DNA of 64,000 bases from an uncultured Verrucomicrobiota bacterium (GCA_964348665.1 CAYGDP010000001.1:66767-130766), one strand, 5' to 3'. Shown: positions 37,214 to 46,599, numbered from the stretch's first letter. Program-made: numbers and translations. Notes: generated by a model from the sequence alone, not told the origin.

Positions 37214-38419
37214 ATGAGCAAGACAACTGAAGCAGTGAAGATGGGCTGGTGGATGCCGACCAAAATGGCTGGCGTTCGCGCTGTACATCATTACGCGACG
37301 GCAGATCGCGGAGCGGCCTGCGGGAAATGGATTTACCACGGCGATGGCGGTGATCTAGTGGCAGACCAACCCGATAAAGCCTGCCCTAATTGCCTAACAG
37401 CATTGAGTCGCGATAAAAAACCGAACCTCCCAATGCCGCCCACCGAAGGCGAGTATGGCGATCTCGATACCGAGATCCGGGAGTTGACACAATTCATCTA
37501 CGCTTATCAAACGACCGAAGACCTCAGCGACAACGCGTTGGTGAAAAAGTTCCCCGGACTCGGCAGCACGAAGACGTGGACAAAGTTCCTGTCTGGAAAC
37601 ATCGTCGAACTCAACGTCCCTAAATGGATCGTCGAGTATCGCCAAGTTCGCGAGCAGATTGTCGCGCTCCAAACGCGCAGCAAAGACAACGAACCGATTT
37701 ACGACGATCTCAGCGGCTTCATGCGGTTACGCGGCGCCTTCACCGAGGCGCTCCGCGAAGACGGTAACAATCGCCTGATCATCGTTCAAGGACCATCGGG
37801 CAGCGGCAAGACGACGGCGGTGAAGTTGTTGGCGCAGAAATTTGGGCGGCGGATTATTTTCTGCGAGGCCGACGAGACTTGGAAAGAATCGCTGCGCGCC
37901 ATGATGGGCGGCATCCTCAACGCCGTCGGCATCGAGCAGACGCCGCTACAACTCCGCGACTGTGAACGCAAAGTCATCGAGCGATTGTCGGCGCCGCGCG
38001 TTTGTCTGGTGATTGACGAAGCCCATCACCTCGGCCCGCGCACGCTGAACCTCGTCAAGACGATCATCAACCAAACGCCAGGCGAAATCATTTTGCTGGC
38101 GATGGACACGCTTCAGGCGCGTCTCGAATCGAGCGCGTATTTCGAGGCAATGCAGTTGGTCCACAACCGTCTGCTCGAACGCATCCGCCTCGACCGCCTC
38201 GAAGCCGACGACGTGGAGAAAATTCTCAAGCGCCGCCTCACGTGGGAAAATGGAGATTTACACAAAGCCGCCACCGCGTTGCGCGATCAAGCCGTGCGGC
38301 GCGGCCATCTGGCCTTCGTCAAACTCGTCGTGCGCCGCGCCGCACGCCTGGCCGATGGCGACCCGATGACACTCGAAGTTTTTGTGAAGGCCATGAGCCA
38401 GACTATTGATAAACGCTAA
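37214..38419 (+). CDS. MuB-like AAA+ transposition ATPase with N-terminal zinc ribbon
   Basis: Walker A GPSGSGKTT, Walker B LVIDEAHHL. N-terminal C-x5-C...CPNC zinc ribbon. Directly downstream of the transposase. Confidence 0.7.
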   Translation: MSKTTEAVKMGWWMPTKMAGVRAVHHYATADRGAACGKWIYHGDGGDLVADQPDKACPNCLTALSRDKKPNLPMPPTEGEYGDLDTEIRELTQFIYAYQTTEDLSDNALVKKFPGLGSTKTWTKFLSGNIVELNVPKWIVEYRQVREQIVALQTRSKDNEPIYDDLSGFMRLRGAFTEALREDGNNRLIIVQGPSGSGKTTAVKLLAQKFGRRIIFCEADETWKESLRAMMGGILNAVGIEQTPLQLRDCERKVIERLSAPRVCLVIDEAHHLGPRTLNLVKTIINQTPGEIILLAMDTLQARLESSAYFEAMQLVHNRLLERIRLDRLEADDVEKILKRRLTWENGDLHKAATALRDQAVRRGHLAFVKLVVRRAARLADGDPMTLEVFVKAMSQTIDKR

Positions 38420-38434
38420 CCCAAGGAGACCGCG

Positions 38435-38645
38435 AATGACTTTTGACGCCCGAAAAAAAATGCAAATGATGGACCCGCGCCACCAGGATCGTCTGGTTGC
38501 CAACCTCAAACATGCCGACCTCGGCAGTGAATATTTTCTCCGCATCATCGCGGAGCGTGGAATCGAGGAGGGAATTGAGGTTTTGCGAAACGTGATCACT
38601 GCCGAATGGCACAAAACCGCCAGGGATATTGACAAGGAACGATGA
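38435..38645 (+). CDS. hypothetical early protein
   Basis: Ribosome-binding site AAGGAGA 7 nt upstream. 70 aa. Confidence 0.3.
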
Positions 38646-39103
38646 ACCCGATCACCGAAACAAATCTCCCGTCCCCCACGCGTGGGCGGGATGAACACGA
38701 CGCAGCGGCGGCGGGGATCGTGCGCCCCGCGCCGCTCGCGTCGCGTCGCCACGCCCGGTGGCGGCGACGTATGATCACGGCGGGCCGCTGCGCCGATTGC
38801 GGCGACGTGCGGAATCTCTATACGATTCATTGCGACGATTGTCAGGATAAGCGGAACCGCTGGCGCCAACGCAACCGCGGTGGCGATGCATGGCAGCCCG
38901 GTGGCCCCGGGCGCCCACCCAAATGGGCTTGCCTCGCCAAAGTCACGCGACAGCGGGACGAAGGCCGGGCGACACTCAAACGACTTTTGCGAGCTGGGCC
39001 GGAGCCAGCCTTTACCTCCTTGAAGGCCACGGTGGACGCCAGTTCATCGGCAACGACTCAGCTCGCTTCTAATCAACCAAAACAAGAAAGGAAAGCAGCA
39101 TGA
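38642..39103 (+). CDS. hypothetical early protein with CxxC...CxxC zinc finger
   Basis: CADCG...CDDCQ. Arg-rich. Confidence 0.3.
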   Translation: MNPITETNLPSPTRGRDEHDAAAAGIVRPAPLASRRHARWRRRMITAGRCADCGDVRNLYTIHCDDCQDKRNRWRQRNRGGDAWQPGGPGRPPKWACLAKVTRQRDEGRATLKRLLRAGPEPAFTSLKATVDASSSATTQLASNQPKQERKAA

Positions 39104-39651
39104 ACAAGACACGCATCACAATCAAACCCGTCGAGCAACGCGAGGACATGGAGGCATGTCTAGGCGAGCTGGCGAGACATACCATCCAGCGCGACGGACT
39201 CAACGCGGAGATGGAGTTGCGAATCAACGAGATCCGCAAAAAGTACGAAGGCAAAATCGAATCTTTCAGCGAGAAGATCGAAGTCTGCACCGAAGTCCTC
39301 AAAGATTGGGCGGAACGCCATCCCGATCAATTCGGGAAAAAGAAATCCATCGAGACAGTCCACGGCTCTGTGGGATTCCGATTCGGCCAACCGCAAGTCA
39401 AGACCAAGCTCAAGCTGACCTGGGCGATCGTGCTCGAAAAAATCAAGGCGCTATCCCTCAACGCAAAGTACGTCCGCGTCAAAGAAGAAGCCAACAAGGA
39501 AGCCATCCTCGCCGACCGCGACAAGAAACTCAATGGACCGCACGGCGAATACACGATCGAAGATCTCGGCGTCCGCATTGTTCAGGACGAAGCTTTCTTC
39601 ATCGAAATCAAACGGGAGCCAGTCGGCGAACCCGTCGCCAAAGCCGCATAA
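39100..39651 (+). CDS. gam: host-nuclease inhibitor Gam (Mu Gam family)
   Basis: C-terminal KEEANKEAILADRDKKLNGPHGEYTIEDLGVRIVQDEAFFIEIKRE aligns with Mu Gam KQEINKEAILLEPKAVAGV...IEDFSIIPFEQE. Confidence 0.6.
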   Translation: MNKTRITIKPVEQREDMEACLGELARHTIQRDGLNAEMELRINEIRKKYEGKIESFSEKIEVCTEVLKDWAERHPDQFGKKKSIETVHGSVGFRFGQPQVKTKLKLTWAIVLEKIKALSLNAKYVRVKEEANKEAILADRDKKLNGPHGEYTIEDLGVRIVQDEAFFIEIKREPVGEPVAKAA

Positions 39652-39668
39652 CCAGAAAGGAACGCACC

Positions 39669-39881
39669 ATGCCAGAAGAAAAAACAGAAGTCACCGATTC
39701 AGCGCCAACCGTAAAAACGGAGGGCTGGATCACCACGAAGATGCCAGCAGGTCGGCACTACTATCGTTGGTCATTGAGCCTCTGCCGCCAATGGCAGAGA
39801 CCCACGGCGCCGCACGACGAAGACCAGACGCCGAAGGAAAACGACTGCCCGGCCTGCGCTGAGCAACTCAAGGTGAAATAA
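39669..39881 (+). CDS. small Cys-containing protein
   Basis: 70 aa, C...C...CPACAEQ. Lies inside the track ORF 39156..39881. Confidence 0.3.
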   Translation: MPEEKTEVTDSAPTVKTEGWITTKMPAGRHYYRWSLSLCRQWQRPTAPHDEDQTPKENDCPACAEQLKVK

Positions 39882-40123
39882 TGGAAACCACCGCGCCGCT
39901 TGACCGCATTACCGCTAATGCGAACATTCGGTATCAAGCTGAGTGTCCGTACTGCGGCAAGCTGCGCGGTGGGGACGACCGCGGCGAGTTGGTGCGCTGG
40001 ATCCAGCATCACAGCGATGTAATCCACAACGAACGAATCCATAGGATTCAGGCGCGCCGGTGTATTTCCCGCGCGCCATTCAATTTAACGCCTCAACCAT
40101 TTAACGGTTCAACGATTCCCTAA
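39881..40123 (+). CDS. small zinc-finger protein
   Basis: CPYCGK...HH...H. Confidence 0.3.
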   Translation: METTAPLDRITANANIRYQAECPYCGKLRGGDDRGELVRWIQHHSDVIHNERIHRIQARRCISRAPFNLTPQPFNGSTIP

Positions 40124-40602
40124 TGAGCGCCCCGCTATCCAACTCGCAAAAGGCGACAATCGCCATGCTCGCGCGTCGCGCGTGGGATAGCATCGGCCAG
40201 AAAGAAGCCAGCGCGTTGGGGTTGTCTGGCTTCGACGAGTGGCGGCGATTTCAAACGGAAGTTGCCGTGGGAAAAGACAGCCTTCGGATCGCCACGCAGG
40301 AAGATTTCTTACCGATCCAGGCGCATTTCTTCTCGCTCCTGGGCGAATCAAAACGCGCGCAGGCGGCAATGGACCGGCACCAAACCAATCCACGCCGCAT
40401 CGCTTTTGCCAATTTGGAAAAAAACTGCCGGGAGCGCGGCCTAACACTTAATTACCCCGGCGCGATCTGTCGCCGTCAATATAACTGTGCGCTCCACGAA
40501 GCCACCGAAAAACAAATCTGGGCGCTGGTCTATACCGTTCGCAACCGAAGGAAAGCTTTACCCGCCGCGCCGTTTGGCGGGCAACACAGGGAGGCTGCGT
40601 GA
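40123..40602 (+). CDS. GemA-like protein (Mu gp16/DUF1018-like)
   Basis: SQKATIAMLARRAWDSIG...LGLSGFDEWRRFQTEVAVGKDSL resembles the DUF1018 N-terminal pattern. Positioned after gam, as in Mu. Confidence 0.35.
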   Translation: MSAPLSNSQKATIAMLARRAWDSIGQKEASALGLSGFDEWRRFQTEVAVGKDSLRIATQEDFLPIQAHFFSLLGESKRAQAAMDRHQTNPRRIAFANLEKNCRERGLTLNYPGAICRRQYNCALHEATEKQIWALVYTVRNRRKALPAAPFGGQHREAA

Positions 40603-40919
40603 GCGAGCAATCCAAATGCCCCGCGTGTAACGGCAGCGGCACGATTCGCATGTCTGCTACCGAGACGATCACCTGTGATGATTGTTGTGGGAGCGGCAAA
40701 GCCGACCTCCAACCCGCCACCATGCCTAAGCTTGAAATCACACCCGGCGCGAATTGTATCCGCTGTCGTGGCAGCGGCTTTGAGCCGAAAGGTTTCAGGC
40801 GGAAGCCTTGTCGCTGCGTAATGAAAGCGATCCAGAAATATCGAGCGGCCAACAGTTACACAGGGCCGTTGAAATACAGTATTGAATTTCCAAGTGCATG
40901 TCCCGTGGGGCAACCATGA
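40599..40919 (+). CDS. DnaJ-type CxxCxGxG zinc-finger protein
   Basis: CPACNGSG, CDDCCGSG, CIRCRGSG repeats. Confidence 0.4.
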   Translation: MSEQSKCPACNGSGTIRMSATETITCDDCCGSGKADLQPATMPKLEITPGANCIRCRGSGFEPKGFRRKPCRCVMKAIQKYRAANSYTGPLKYSIEFPSACPVGQP

Positions 40920-41236
40920 AACCCATTGATCTACGCAATGAAACGTGGGCGTCGCTACAGGCGCGAGTGAGTGGTCAGCGCTTGGCGGTGCTCAATGCCT
41001 GGAGACAATTCGGCGATGGCACAACCGAACAGCTCGCCGCTCTGTCGGGCATTTCAATTCTCACAGTGCGGCCACGAACGACCGAATTGGTTGATCTCGG
41101 CTTGGTGGAGTTGGTCGGGCGAGTAGCCACAGGCGGAGTTTATAGCGCAATTTCGGAAGAGAAGGCCATCGAACAATTTGAGCGGCATAAGCGCGAGGCG
41201 CTCACGCCGCAACTACCATTAAAAATCTGTGCTTAA
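40916..41236 (+). CDS. winged-helix DNA-binding protein (possible middle/late transcription activator)
   Basis: MarR-like wHTH (TTEQLAALSGISILTVRPRTTELVDLGLVE). ATGA-coupled. Confidence 0.35.
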   Translation: MKPIDLRNETWASLQARVSGQRLAVLNAWRQFGDGTTEQLAALSGISILTVRPRTTELVDLGLVELVGRVATGGVYSAISEEKAIEQFERHKREALTPQLPLKICA

Positions 41237-41253
41237 AAGGAGACCATTAGACC

Positions 41254-41667
41254 ATGCCAAAAGAGAAAACGCCCGACCCTAAAAACAATGTAACCATCTG
41301 GCCGATCAGGAAAAAGGTGGAGATCGCCCCCGGAAAAAACTTCGTGACGATCCCGCCTGAAAACGTGCCCACGATCGCCATCGCCAAACTCGTTCCGCAG
41401 GGCGATGGAACGTACAAAGCCATCGCCAGCATTCAGCGCCGATACGTGCGCCTCACGCGCGATCTGCCCAGCAATCTCGGCATTGGGGTGGATTACAACA
41501 CGCTCAAGCGTCTGATCATTTCGGGTTTCGTGCGCGGCGGCAAGGTAAGCCCCAGCGCGTACTATGTGGACATCATAAGCGTATTCGAGCACGTCGAGAA
41601 ATGCTTCAACGACCCAGAATATTGGACCAAACAAAGGTTGCTCTCGTACAAGCGCGCCATTGGCTAA
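41254..41667 (+). CDS. hypothetical protein
   Basis: 137 aa, ribosome-binding site AAAGGAGACC upstream. Confidence 0.35.
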   Translation: MPKEKTPDPKNNVTIWPIRKKVEIAPGKNFVTIPPENVPTIAIAKLVPQGDGTYKAIASIQRRYVRLTRDLPSNLGIGVDYNTLKRLIISGFVRGGKVSPSAYYVDIISVFEHVEKCFNDPEYWTKQRLLSYKRAIG

Positions 41668-41791
41668 ACACGCGACCATGAAAAAACCTCGTAAAACGCC
41701 GAAATTCGCGTCGCCGCTCGCAAACGCACAAAGCCGCGATGGGGTGATAAAAGTCAATTCGCCGCACACCGCGATACCATGTGGTTGAAAT

Positions 41792-42007
41792 TTGAGACCA
41801 TATATGAATGACGTGGATACATTTTTGATGCCGTTTGGCAAACACAAGGGAAAGACGCTCGGATGGATCGCCGAGAATGACGTGCTCTACCTCGATTGGC
41901 TCGTCGGTTCGCCGGATCTGCGCGGCCCGCTGCGCGATGCCGTCGAGCAGATGTGCGAGACGTGGGCGCGGGAAATTGACCTCGAACTAGAAAGGCACGG
42001 ACGATGA
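41792..42007 (+). CDS. DUF3820-like small protein
   Basis: LMPFGKHKGKTLGWIAENDVLYLDWL matches the DUF3820 signature (MPFGKYKG...YL.WL). Confidence 0.4.
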   Translation: MRPYMNDVDTFLMPFGKHKGKTLGWIAENDVLYLDWLVGSPDLRGPLRDAVEQMCETWAREIDLELERHGR

Positions 42008-42165
42008 ACATAAAAGACTGTGTGATCTTGAGCTTGGTGGCCGGAATGATCGCCGCGGCGCTCTTGGCGATCTGGGTGGATTGGCGCATCGGCGCGACAA
42101 TCGTAGTTGCCATCGTAAGCGCGCTAACGGTGATGGCCTATTTGGATTGGCCGCGCGAAGGATAA
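42004..42165 (+). CDS. small membrane protein (53 aa)
   Basis: Two TMs, ATGA-coupled. Confidence 0.25.
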   Translation: MNIKDCVILSLVAGMIAAALLAIWVDWRIGATIVVAIVSALTVMAYLDWPREG

Positions 42166-42168
42166 CAA

Positions 42169-42807
42169 ATGGCAGAGACCAAACAACGCATTCCGTTGGC
42201 CGAAGCGCGCAGGCTCGCCGCGAAAATCCTCAATGTGCTCTCGCCATTCTGCGAACGCATCGAGATCGCGGGTAGCATCCGGCGCGCGCGGCCAACGGTT
42301 GGCGATGTTGATCTCGTGGCTCTGCCCAAGGATGTCGCCGGACTAAAAGCCCGGTGCGCGCAGAATTGTACGGTCATCACAGACGGCGATCAAAATTTCG
42401 GCGTGCAACTTGGCGGGAGCGGCACACAGATAGATATATGGCTGGCGCAATACATTGAGGCCGGGCTATTCACGCCGCGCACCCACAATTTCGGCAGCTT
42501 GTTGGTCTGTCGCACCGGCAGCAAGGACCACAACATACATTTGTGTGAGTACGCCAAAAAACTCGGCCTTAAATGGTCGCCATACACCGGCGTCTTTCGC
42601 GGCAGCGATCTTATCGCCAGCGAGACCGAAATCGACATCTTTAAGGCGCTCGGTCTGCCATACATCAAACCCGAATCGCGCGAACTCGAATGGGGCTTGC
42701 CGGTATGGTCGCGTCAGGCGCAGGAATCAAAGGCGACAATGGAAAACATCGAGCGAATCGGGCGGCAAGCCAAAGCCAACATCACAAAGGAACAGAGTGA
42801 AAATTAA
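42169..42807 (+). CDS. PolX (DNA polymerase beta)-like nucleotidyltransferase
   Basis: IAGSIRRARPTVGDVDLVAL matches the Pol-beta palm motif GSxRRGxxxxGDhDhLh. Confidence 0.5.
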   Translation: MAETKQRIPLAEARRLAAKILNVLSPFCERIEIAGSIRRARPTVGDVDLVALPKDVAGLKARCAQNCTVITDGDQNFGVQLGGSGTQIDIWLAQYIEAGLFTPRTHNFGSLLVCRTGSKDHNIHLCEYAKKLGLKWSPYTGVFRGSDLIASETEIDIFKALGLPYIKPESRELEWGLPVWSRQAQESKATMENIERIGRQAKANITKEQSEN

Positions 42808-43017
42808 CCTAATCGAACGCGAATACGGTTACGAGATTGATATTGAAGCCGAGACGGTCGCCGAAGCCGCGCTTCTGTTAAGGCTCCCAAAACAATCAAA
42901 AGCCAAAGCGCCAACGATTGTCACCAGATTTTATGACAAGAACATCTCGATGAATATCGTTTTACAGCGGGTCGGTCCGATGCGTCGTGAAGGCTTCATC
43001 CTAAAGGAGGGCGGGAA

Positions 43018-43251
43018 ATGAGCGATATTCAACGCGAAAAAATGCTGAACCAATCCAAACGCCTTGCGGTTGCCTATGGCATCCCGAACGAATTTCTAAT
43101 GAGTGTTTTCGACGCATCGGGATTTACGGTCTCGATGATCAAGTACGACGGTAAACAGGTGGTCATCATGGGTGACGAAAAATCCGCCCGCGAAGTCATC
43201 AAGGGAATTGGGATGATGGCAGACGCACTCGAATCCAAGAAAGCGGAATGA
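43018..43251 (+). CDS. hypothetical protein
   Basis: 77 aa. Confidence 0.3.
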   Translation: MSDIQREKMLNQSKRLAVAYGIPNEFLMSVFDASGFTVSMIKYDGKQVVIMGDEKSAREVIKGIGMMADALESKKAE

Positions 43252-43955
43252 ACATCGAGGAGAAAATCAAAAAATTGTTACGGATCGAGCGCGGCGGATC
43301 TCCCGCCGAAATCGCAACCGCTTTGAGGATGGCCCAGAAGCTTGCCGATCAACACGATATAGACCTCGCGCAACTCAATCCCAACGAGGAACAAACCCAC
43401 AAAACAATCGCCCACATCAAAATAGCGATCGGCTTACGCAAAGGCTATAGCCATAGTTGGGGCGCGACAATTCTCAAGAATTATTTCGACGTGGACGTTT
43501 TCTTCAGCCAACGACGAAGTTCATTCGCTTTCGATGGAATGATTTTGCCGGGCGGAATCGAATATGTCCTCGTCGTGGTTGGTTTGCCGCACCGCATCGA
43601 GCTTGCCAGGCACGTATTCATCTTCGTGATCCGCGAGTTCGGAGTTGCCTGGCGTACTCGTCGCGGGCGCTGTCGCAACAACAGGAATTTCATTTTCGGA
43701 ATGGCTTCGGGCATTATGGCGCAACTCGACGAGGACCGCGCCGCCAAACAAACTATGTCGCAACACAACGCGTTGGTCTGCTCGCGGCAAAATTACATCG
43801 CCAAAAACTTCGGCGAGCTGAAACAGAAAAAACATCGCGCCGTAAAAGTCACCGCCGCCACCATGCGCGGCTACGCCATCGGTCGCGAAACGCGGATCCA
43901 TCTGCCAATGGAATCCAACGACGAACCCAAACTCCAACTCACGGAGGGACGATGA
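43248..43955 (+). CDS. DUF2786-like protein
   Basis: N-terminal IEEKIKKLLRIERGGSPAEIATALRMAQKLADQHDIDLAQL is typical of DUF2786. Confidence 0.4.
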   Translation: MNIEEKIKKLLRIERGGSPAEIATALRMAQKLADQHDIDLAQLNPNEEQTHKTIAHIKIAIGLRKGYSHSWGATILKNYFDVDVFFSQRRSSFAFDGMILPGGIEYVLVVVGLPHRIELARHVFIFVIREFGVAWRTRRGRCRNNRNFIFGMASGIMAQLDEDRAAKQTMSQHNALVCSRQNYIAKNFGELKQKKHRAVKVTAATMRGYAIGRETRIHLPMESNDEPKLQLTEGR

Positions 43956-44203
43956 GCGAATCAAAAACAGGCTGGTGGAACCCGACGCCTTTTCGGGACA
44001 ACCCACGATTCCATTATGTAACTGATGATGGCCGAACGCTTTGCGGCAAATGGGCATACATTGGCATGGGCGATGTCGAGGAGGGACGCGACGGTCACTC
44101 CGAAAATTGTGTCGCCTGCAAAAAGAAAAAGCTGGCGCTGAATGCCCGCGCCAAAAACCCCCGCCACGTGGAACTACCGGTCAAGGAATTAACCAATGGC
44201 TGA
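43952..44203 (+). CDS. zinc-ribbon protein paralogous to the MuB N-terminal domain
   Basis: TGWWNPTPF...DGRTLCGKWAYIG...ENCVACKKK versus MuB MGWWMPTKM...RGAACGKWIYHGD...KACPNC. Confidence 0.4.
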   Translation: MSESKTGWWNPTPFRDNPRFHYVTDDGRTLCGKWAYIGMGDVEEGRDGHSENCVACKKKKLALNARAKNPRHVELPVKELTNG

Positions 44204-45767
44204 ATTTCTTTTCGGACCTGTGCCGCACGAAGAGGCGATCAAGTTCATCGCCGATAAACCCGTTGTCTCGCGCGAGGTTTTCAACAAGCTTCTACCCGAG
44301 CTGAAGGCGCGGGCGTTTACCATCAGCGGCATCGAGGGCGCGAACGCGATGCAGAGTATCCGCGACAAGATCGCCGAGCTGCCCGCAGGCGGCGATTGGG
44401 ACACGATCAAGCAACAAATCGCCGATGACCTCGCCAATGAAGGTCTATTCGATAATCCTGATGCCGACGAGGAATCGCGTGCGGCCAGCGCCGAGGCCGC
44501 CGAGCGCCGTGCCGAAATTCTTTTGCGCACCCACGGATTCCAAGCCTACAGCGCCGCGCGATTCAACGTGATGAATCGGCAGAAAGATGCCCTGCCGTTT
44601 TGGAAATATCAAACCGTTGGTGATGAACATGTGCGCGATGAACACGCCGCGCTCGATGGCGTCATTCTTCCCGCCGATTCGCCCTTTTGGAACGATCATT
44701 ATCCGCCATGGGATTGGGGCTGCCGATGTTTGGTCGTGCCGCTCGATGCCGAGGAAGTCGCCGAGATTCGCGAGGCGGAAAAGGATTTGGATGGCGACAA
44801 GCGATCGCTACTCGAAGGCGAGTTACAGCGCCAGCTAGAAGTCAACGGGCGAATCGCGCGCGGTCCTACGCAAGTCGTTGACGTGCGCAGTCCGCGCGAC
44901 AAAGGCGTGGAAGCGCCATTTGTTTGGCAGCCAGGCAATTTGCGCGTGCCGATCCAAAAGCTTCGCGGCCAATGGGATGCCCCTGTTTTTGATAGCTTCG
45001 AGCAGTGGGCTAAACGTCAGATCGTAAATGAACGCGATCAAACCGTTTGGAATTGGCTGAATCAAAAGCAACGCCCGCCGCTGGCAACGCGCGATTCATT
45101 GCGCAGCGAGGATGTGAAGCGTAAACATCGCGGGGCAATCTCCCAGGGAGTATCGCGCTCGGACAAGATCACATTGGAAGATGGTACTGTCGCTGTCCGA
45201 AAACCAATCGAAGGTTTGGGGTACGAAGATTTTTTGGAGGGGCCTCTATTTCATAAAGATTCCAGCAGAAACGGGGCTGCCTTTCAAATCGCCGCCGATG
45301 ATATTTCGCGCGCGCTGGGCTGGGAGGTTGTGGCGCCAGCATCCATCAATAAGGATGGATCTGAATTACGAACGGCTTTTACCGAAGGTGTGGCACTCCA
45401 TTCGTCACCGCGATCTGAAATCGATCGTCAACAATGGGAGCGGGTGGCGTTCATTGATTATGTAATCGGACAGCAGGATGGCCATAGCGGAAATTACTTG
45501 GTCACTGCGGATGGCAAGTTGGTTGGGTTCGATCTGAATATCGCCGGTGGTGAGCGATTCCGCAGTACGGCGTTGGAAGAGATCAGTCGTGAGACAGACG
45601 AGGGTGGCGTCGCTAAATTTAGCAGGAAAACCGTGAATGAGGTCGAGCGCAAGCTTGACAAGATCGCATTTCGAGAGGAAGTTTCTACGGAGCTTCAGGA
45701 CAAACTTTTGGGGCGGATCAAGGAGTTTTTAGATTCCGATGGTGAGATAAACTGGGAGTTCAAATGA
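44196..45767 (+). CDS. Mu F-like minor head protein (gp30) fused to a C-terminal PI3K/PI4K-like kinase motif
   Basis: Phage_Mu_F motif KYQTVGDEHVRDEHAALDGVI. The C-terminal VIGQQDGHSGNYLVTADGKLVGFDLN matches the lipid-kinase catalytic loop GDRHxxN and the DFG-like activation segment. Confidence 0.65.
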   Translation: MAEFLFGPVPHEEAIKFIADKPVVSREVFNKLLPELKARAFTISGIEGANAMQSIRDKIAELPAGGDWDTIKQQIADDLANEGLFDNPDADEESRAASAEAAERRAEILLRTHGFQAYSAARFNVMNRQKDALPFWKYQTVGDEHVRDEHAALDGVILPADSPFWNDHYPPWDWGCRCLVVPLDAEEVAEIREAEKDLDGDKRSLLEGELQRQLEVNGRIARGPTQVVDVRSPRDKGVEAPFVWQPGNLRVPIQKLRGQWDAPVFDSFEQWAKRQIVNERDQTVWNWLNQKQRPPLATRDSLRSEDVKRKHRGAISQGVSRSDKITLEDGTVAVRKPIEGLGYEDFLEGPLFHKDSSRNGAAFQIAADDISRALGWEVVAPASINKDGSELRTAFTEGVALHSSPRSEIDRQQWERVAFIDYVIGQQDGHSGNYLVTADGKLVGFDLNIAGGERFRSTALEEISRETDEGGVAKFSRKTVNEVERKLDKIAFREEVSTELQDKLLGRIKEFLDSDGEINWEFK

Positions 45768-46015
45768 AGAGCACAGTACAATTTTTCAACCCAGGTGAGG
45801 ATAAGCCGGAAATCACCGGCTTCCTGACCTTCGATGATACCGATGGTTGGTCGCAGGAAGGCGTCGGCGGAGCCATTTTGAAAATGATCCGCGATCGCCA
45901 GTTATCCATTCGCCGCCAAAATCTTGCCGAGATGAATCCGCACGAAGCTTTGCGCGCGCTCGAAGCGATTCTCGACAACCCCTACAACCAAGCGACGCCA
46001 GTACGAAGCTCTTAG
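45764..46015 (+). CDS. hypothetical head-module protein
   Basis: 83 aa, ATGA-coupled. Confidence 0.3.
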   Translation: MKSTVQFFNPGEDKPEITGFLTFDDTDGWSQEGVGGAILKMIRDRQLSIRRQNLAEMNPHEALRALEAILDNPYNQATPVRSS

Positions 46016-46041
46016 TCCCGAAATAGAAAACGTAAAAACCA

Positions 46042-46527
46042 ATGAGCATCCAAATTAAAGACACGTTGAGTCCGCACTTGGCGGCGATGGCGCGCCGGTT
46101 TCGAGACCGCAAACCAATTCTCGAAGCGATGGGCGCGTCATTGGTGGCCACTACCGCGCGCTCGTTTCGGGAGGCGAATCTTCGCGCGGCGCCGTGGCCG
46201 CCCAAGCGAGACGGTAGCCCAGCCACTCTCTATAAGAATGGTCCGCTGAAACAATCCATCCGCATCACGTCCGTGTCGAATGATTCTGTGACGGTCGGCA
46301 GCGATCGCAAATACGCCGCGATCCATCAACTCGGTGGCGTGATACGACCGAAGAGTGCGAAGGTGTTGCGGTTCATCAGCGGCGGTCAAGTTTTCTTTCG
46401 CAAAAAAGTCACGATCCCGGCCCGGCCGTTTTTTCCCTTCATCGGAAATCGCATGACGGATTTCGCACAGCGGCGCATCGAGGCGGCCGTAAAGGCGAAA
46501 GTCGCCGCGCTGATGCGCCGTCCCTGA
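46042..46527 (+). CDS. virion morphogenesis protein (Mu G-like, Phage_tail_S family)
   Basis: KYAAIHQLGG motif. Position after F. Confidence 0.55.
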   Translation: MSIQIKDTLSPHLAAMARRFRDRKPILEAMGASLVATTARSFREANLRAAPWPPKRDGSPATLYKNGPLKQSIRITSVSNDSVTVGSDRKYAAIHQLGGVIRPKSAKVLRFISGGQVFFRKKVTIPARPFFPFIGNRMTDFAQRRIEAAVKAKVAALMRRP

Positions 46528-46599
46528 CGGTTTCCCCGCACAAACACTCGCGCGCGCATCGGGAGCATCGCGCGCACGGCGATTAGACCATCGCCGCCA

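Noticed and set aside
21715-38419. Two separate Mu-like prophages in head-to-head orientation
   Set aside because: Each essential function (portal, TerL, TerS, A, B, F, G, capsid, repressor) occurs exactly once, and the total span equals one Mu-sized genome. A single element with rearranged modules is more parsimonious. An assembly inversion cannot be excluded.
39156-39881. 241-aa ORF spanning the gam gene in another frame
   Set aside because: Arg/Gln-rich shadow of the gam CDS. Only the 3' 70 codons (39669..39881) have their own start and coupling.
42455-43021. 188-aa ORF overlapping the PolX-like gene and downstream region
   Set aside because: Frame conflicts with the well-supported nucleotidyltransferase CDS. 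Only its last roughly 74 codons (from GTG at about 42797) could be a separate small gene.
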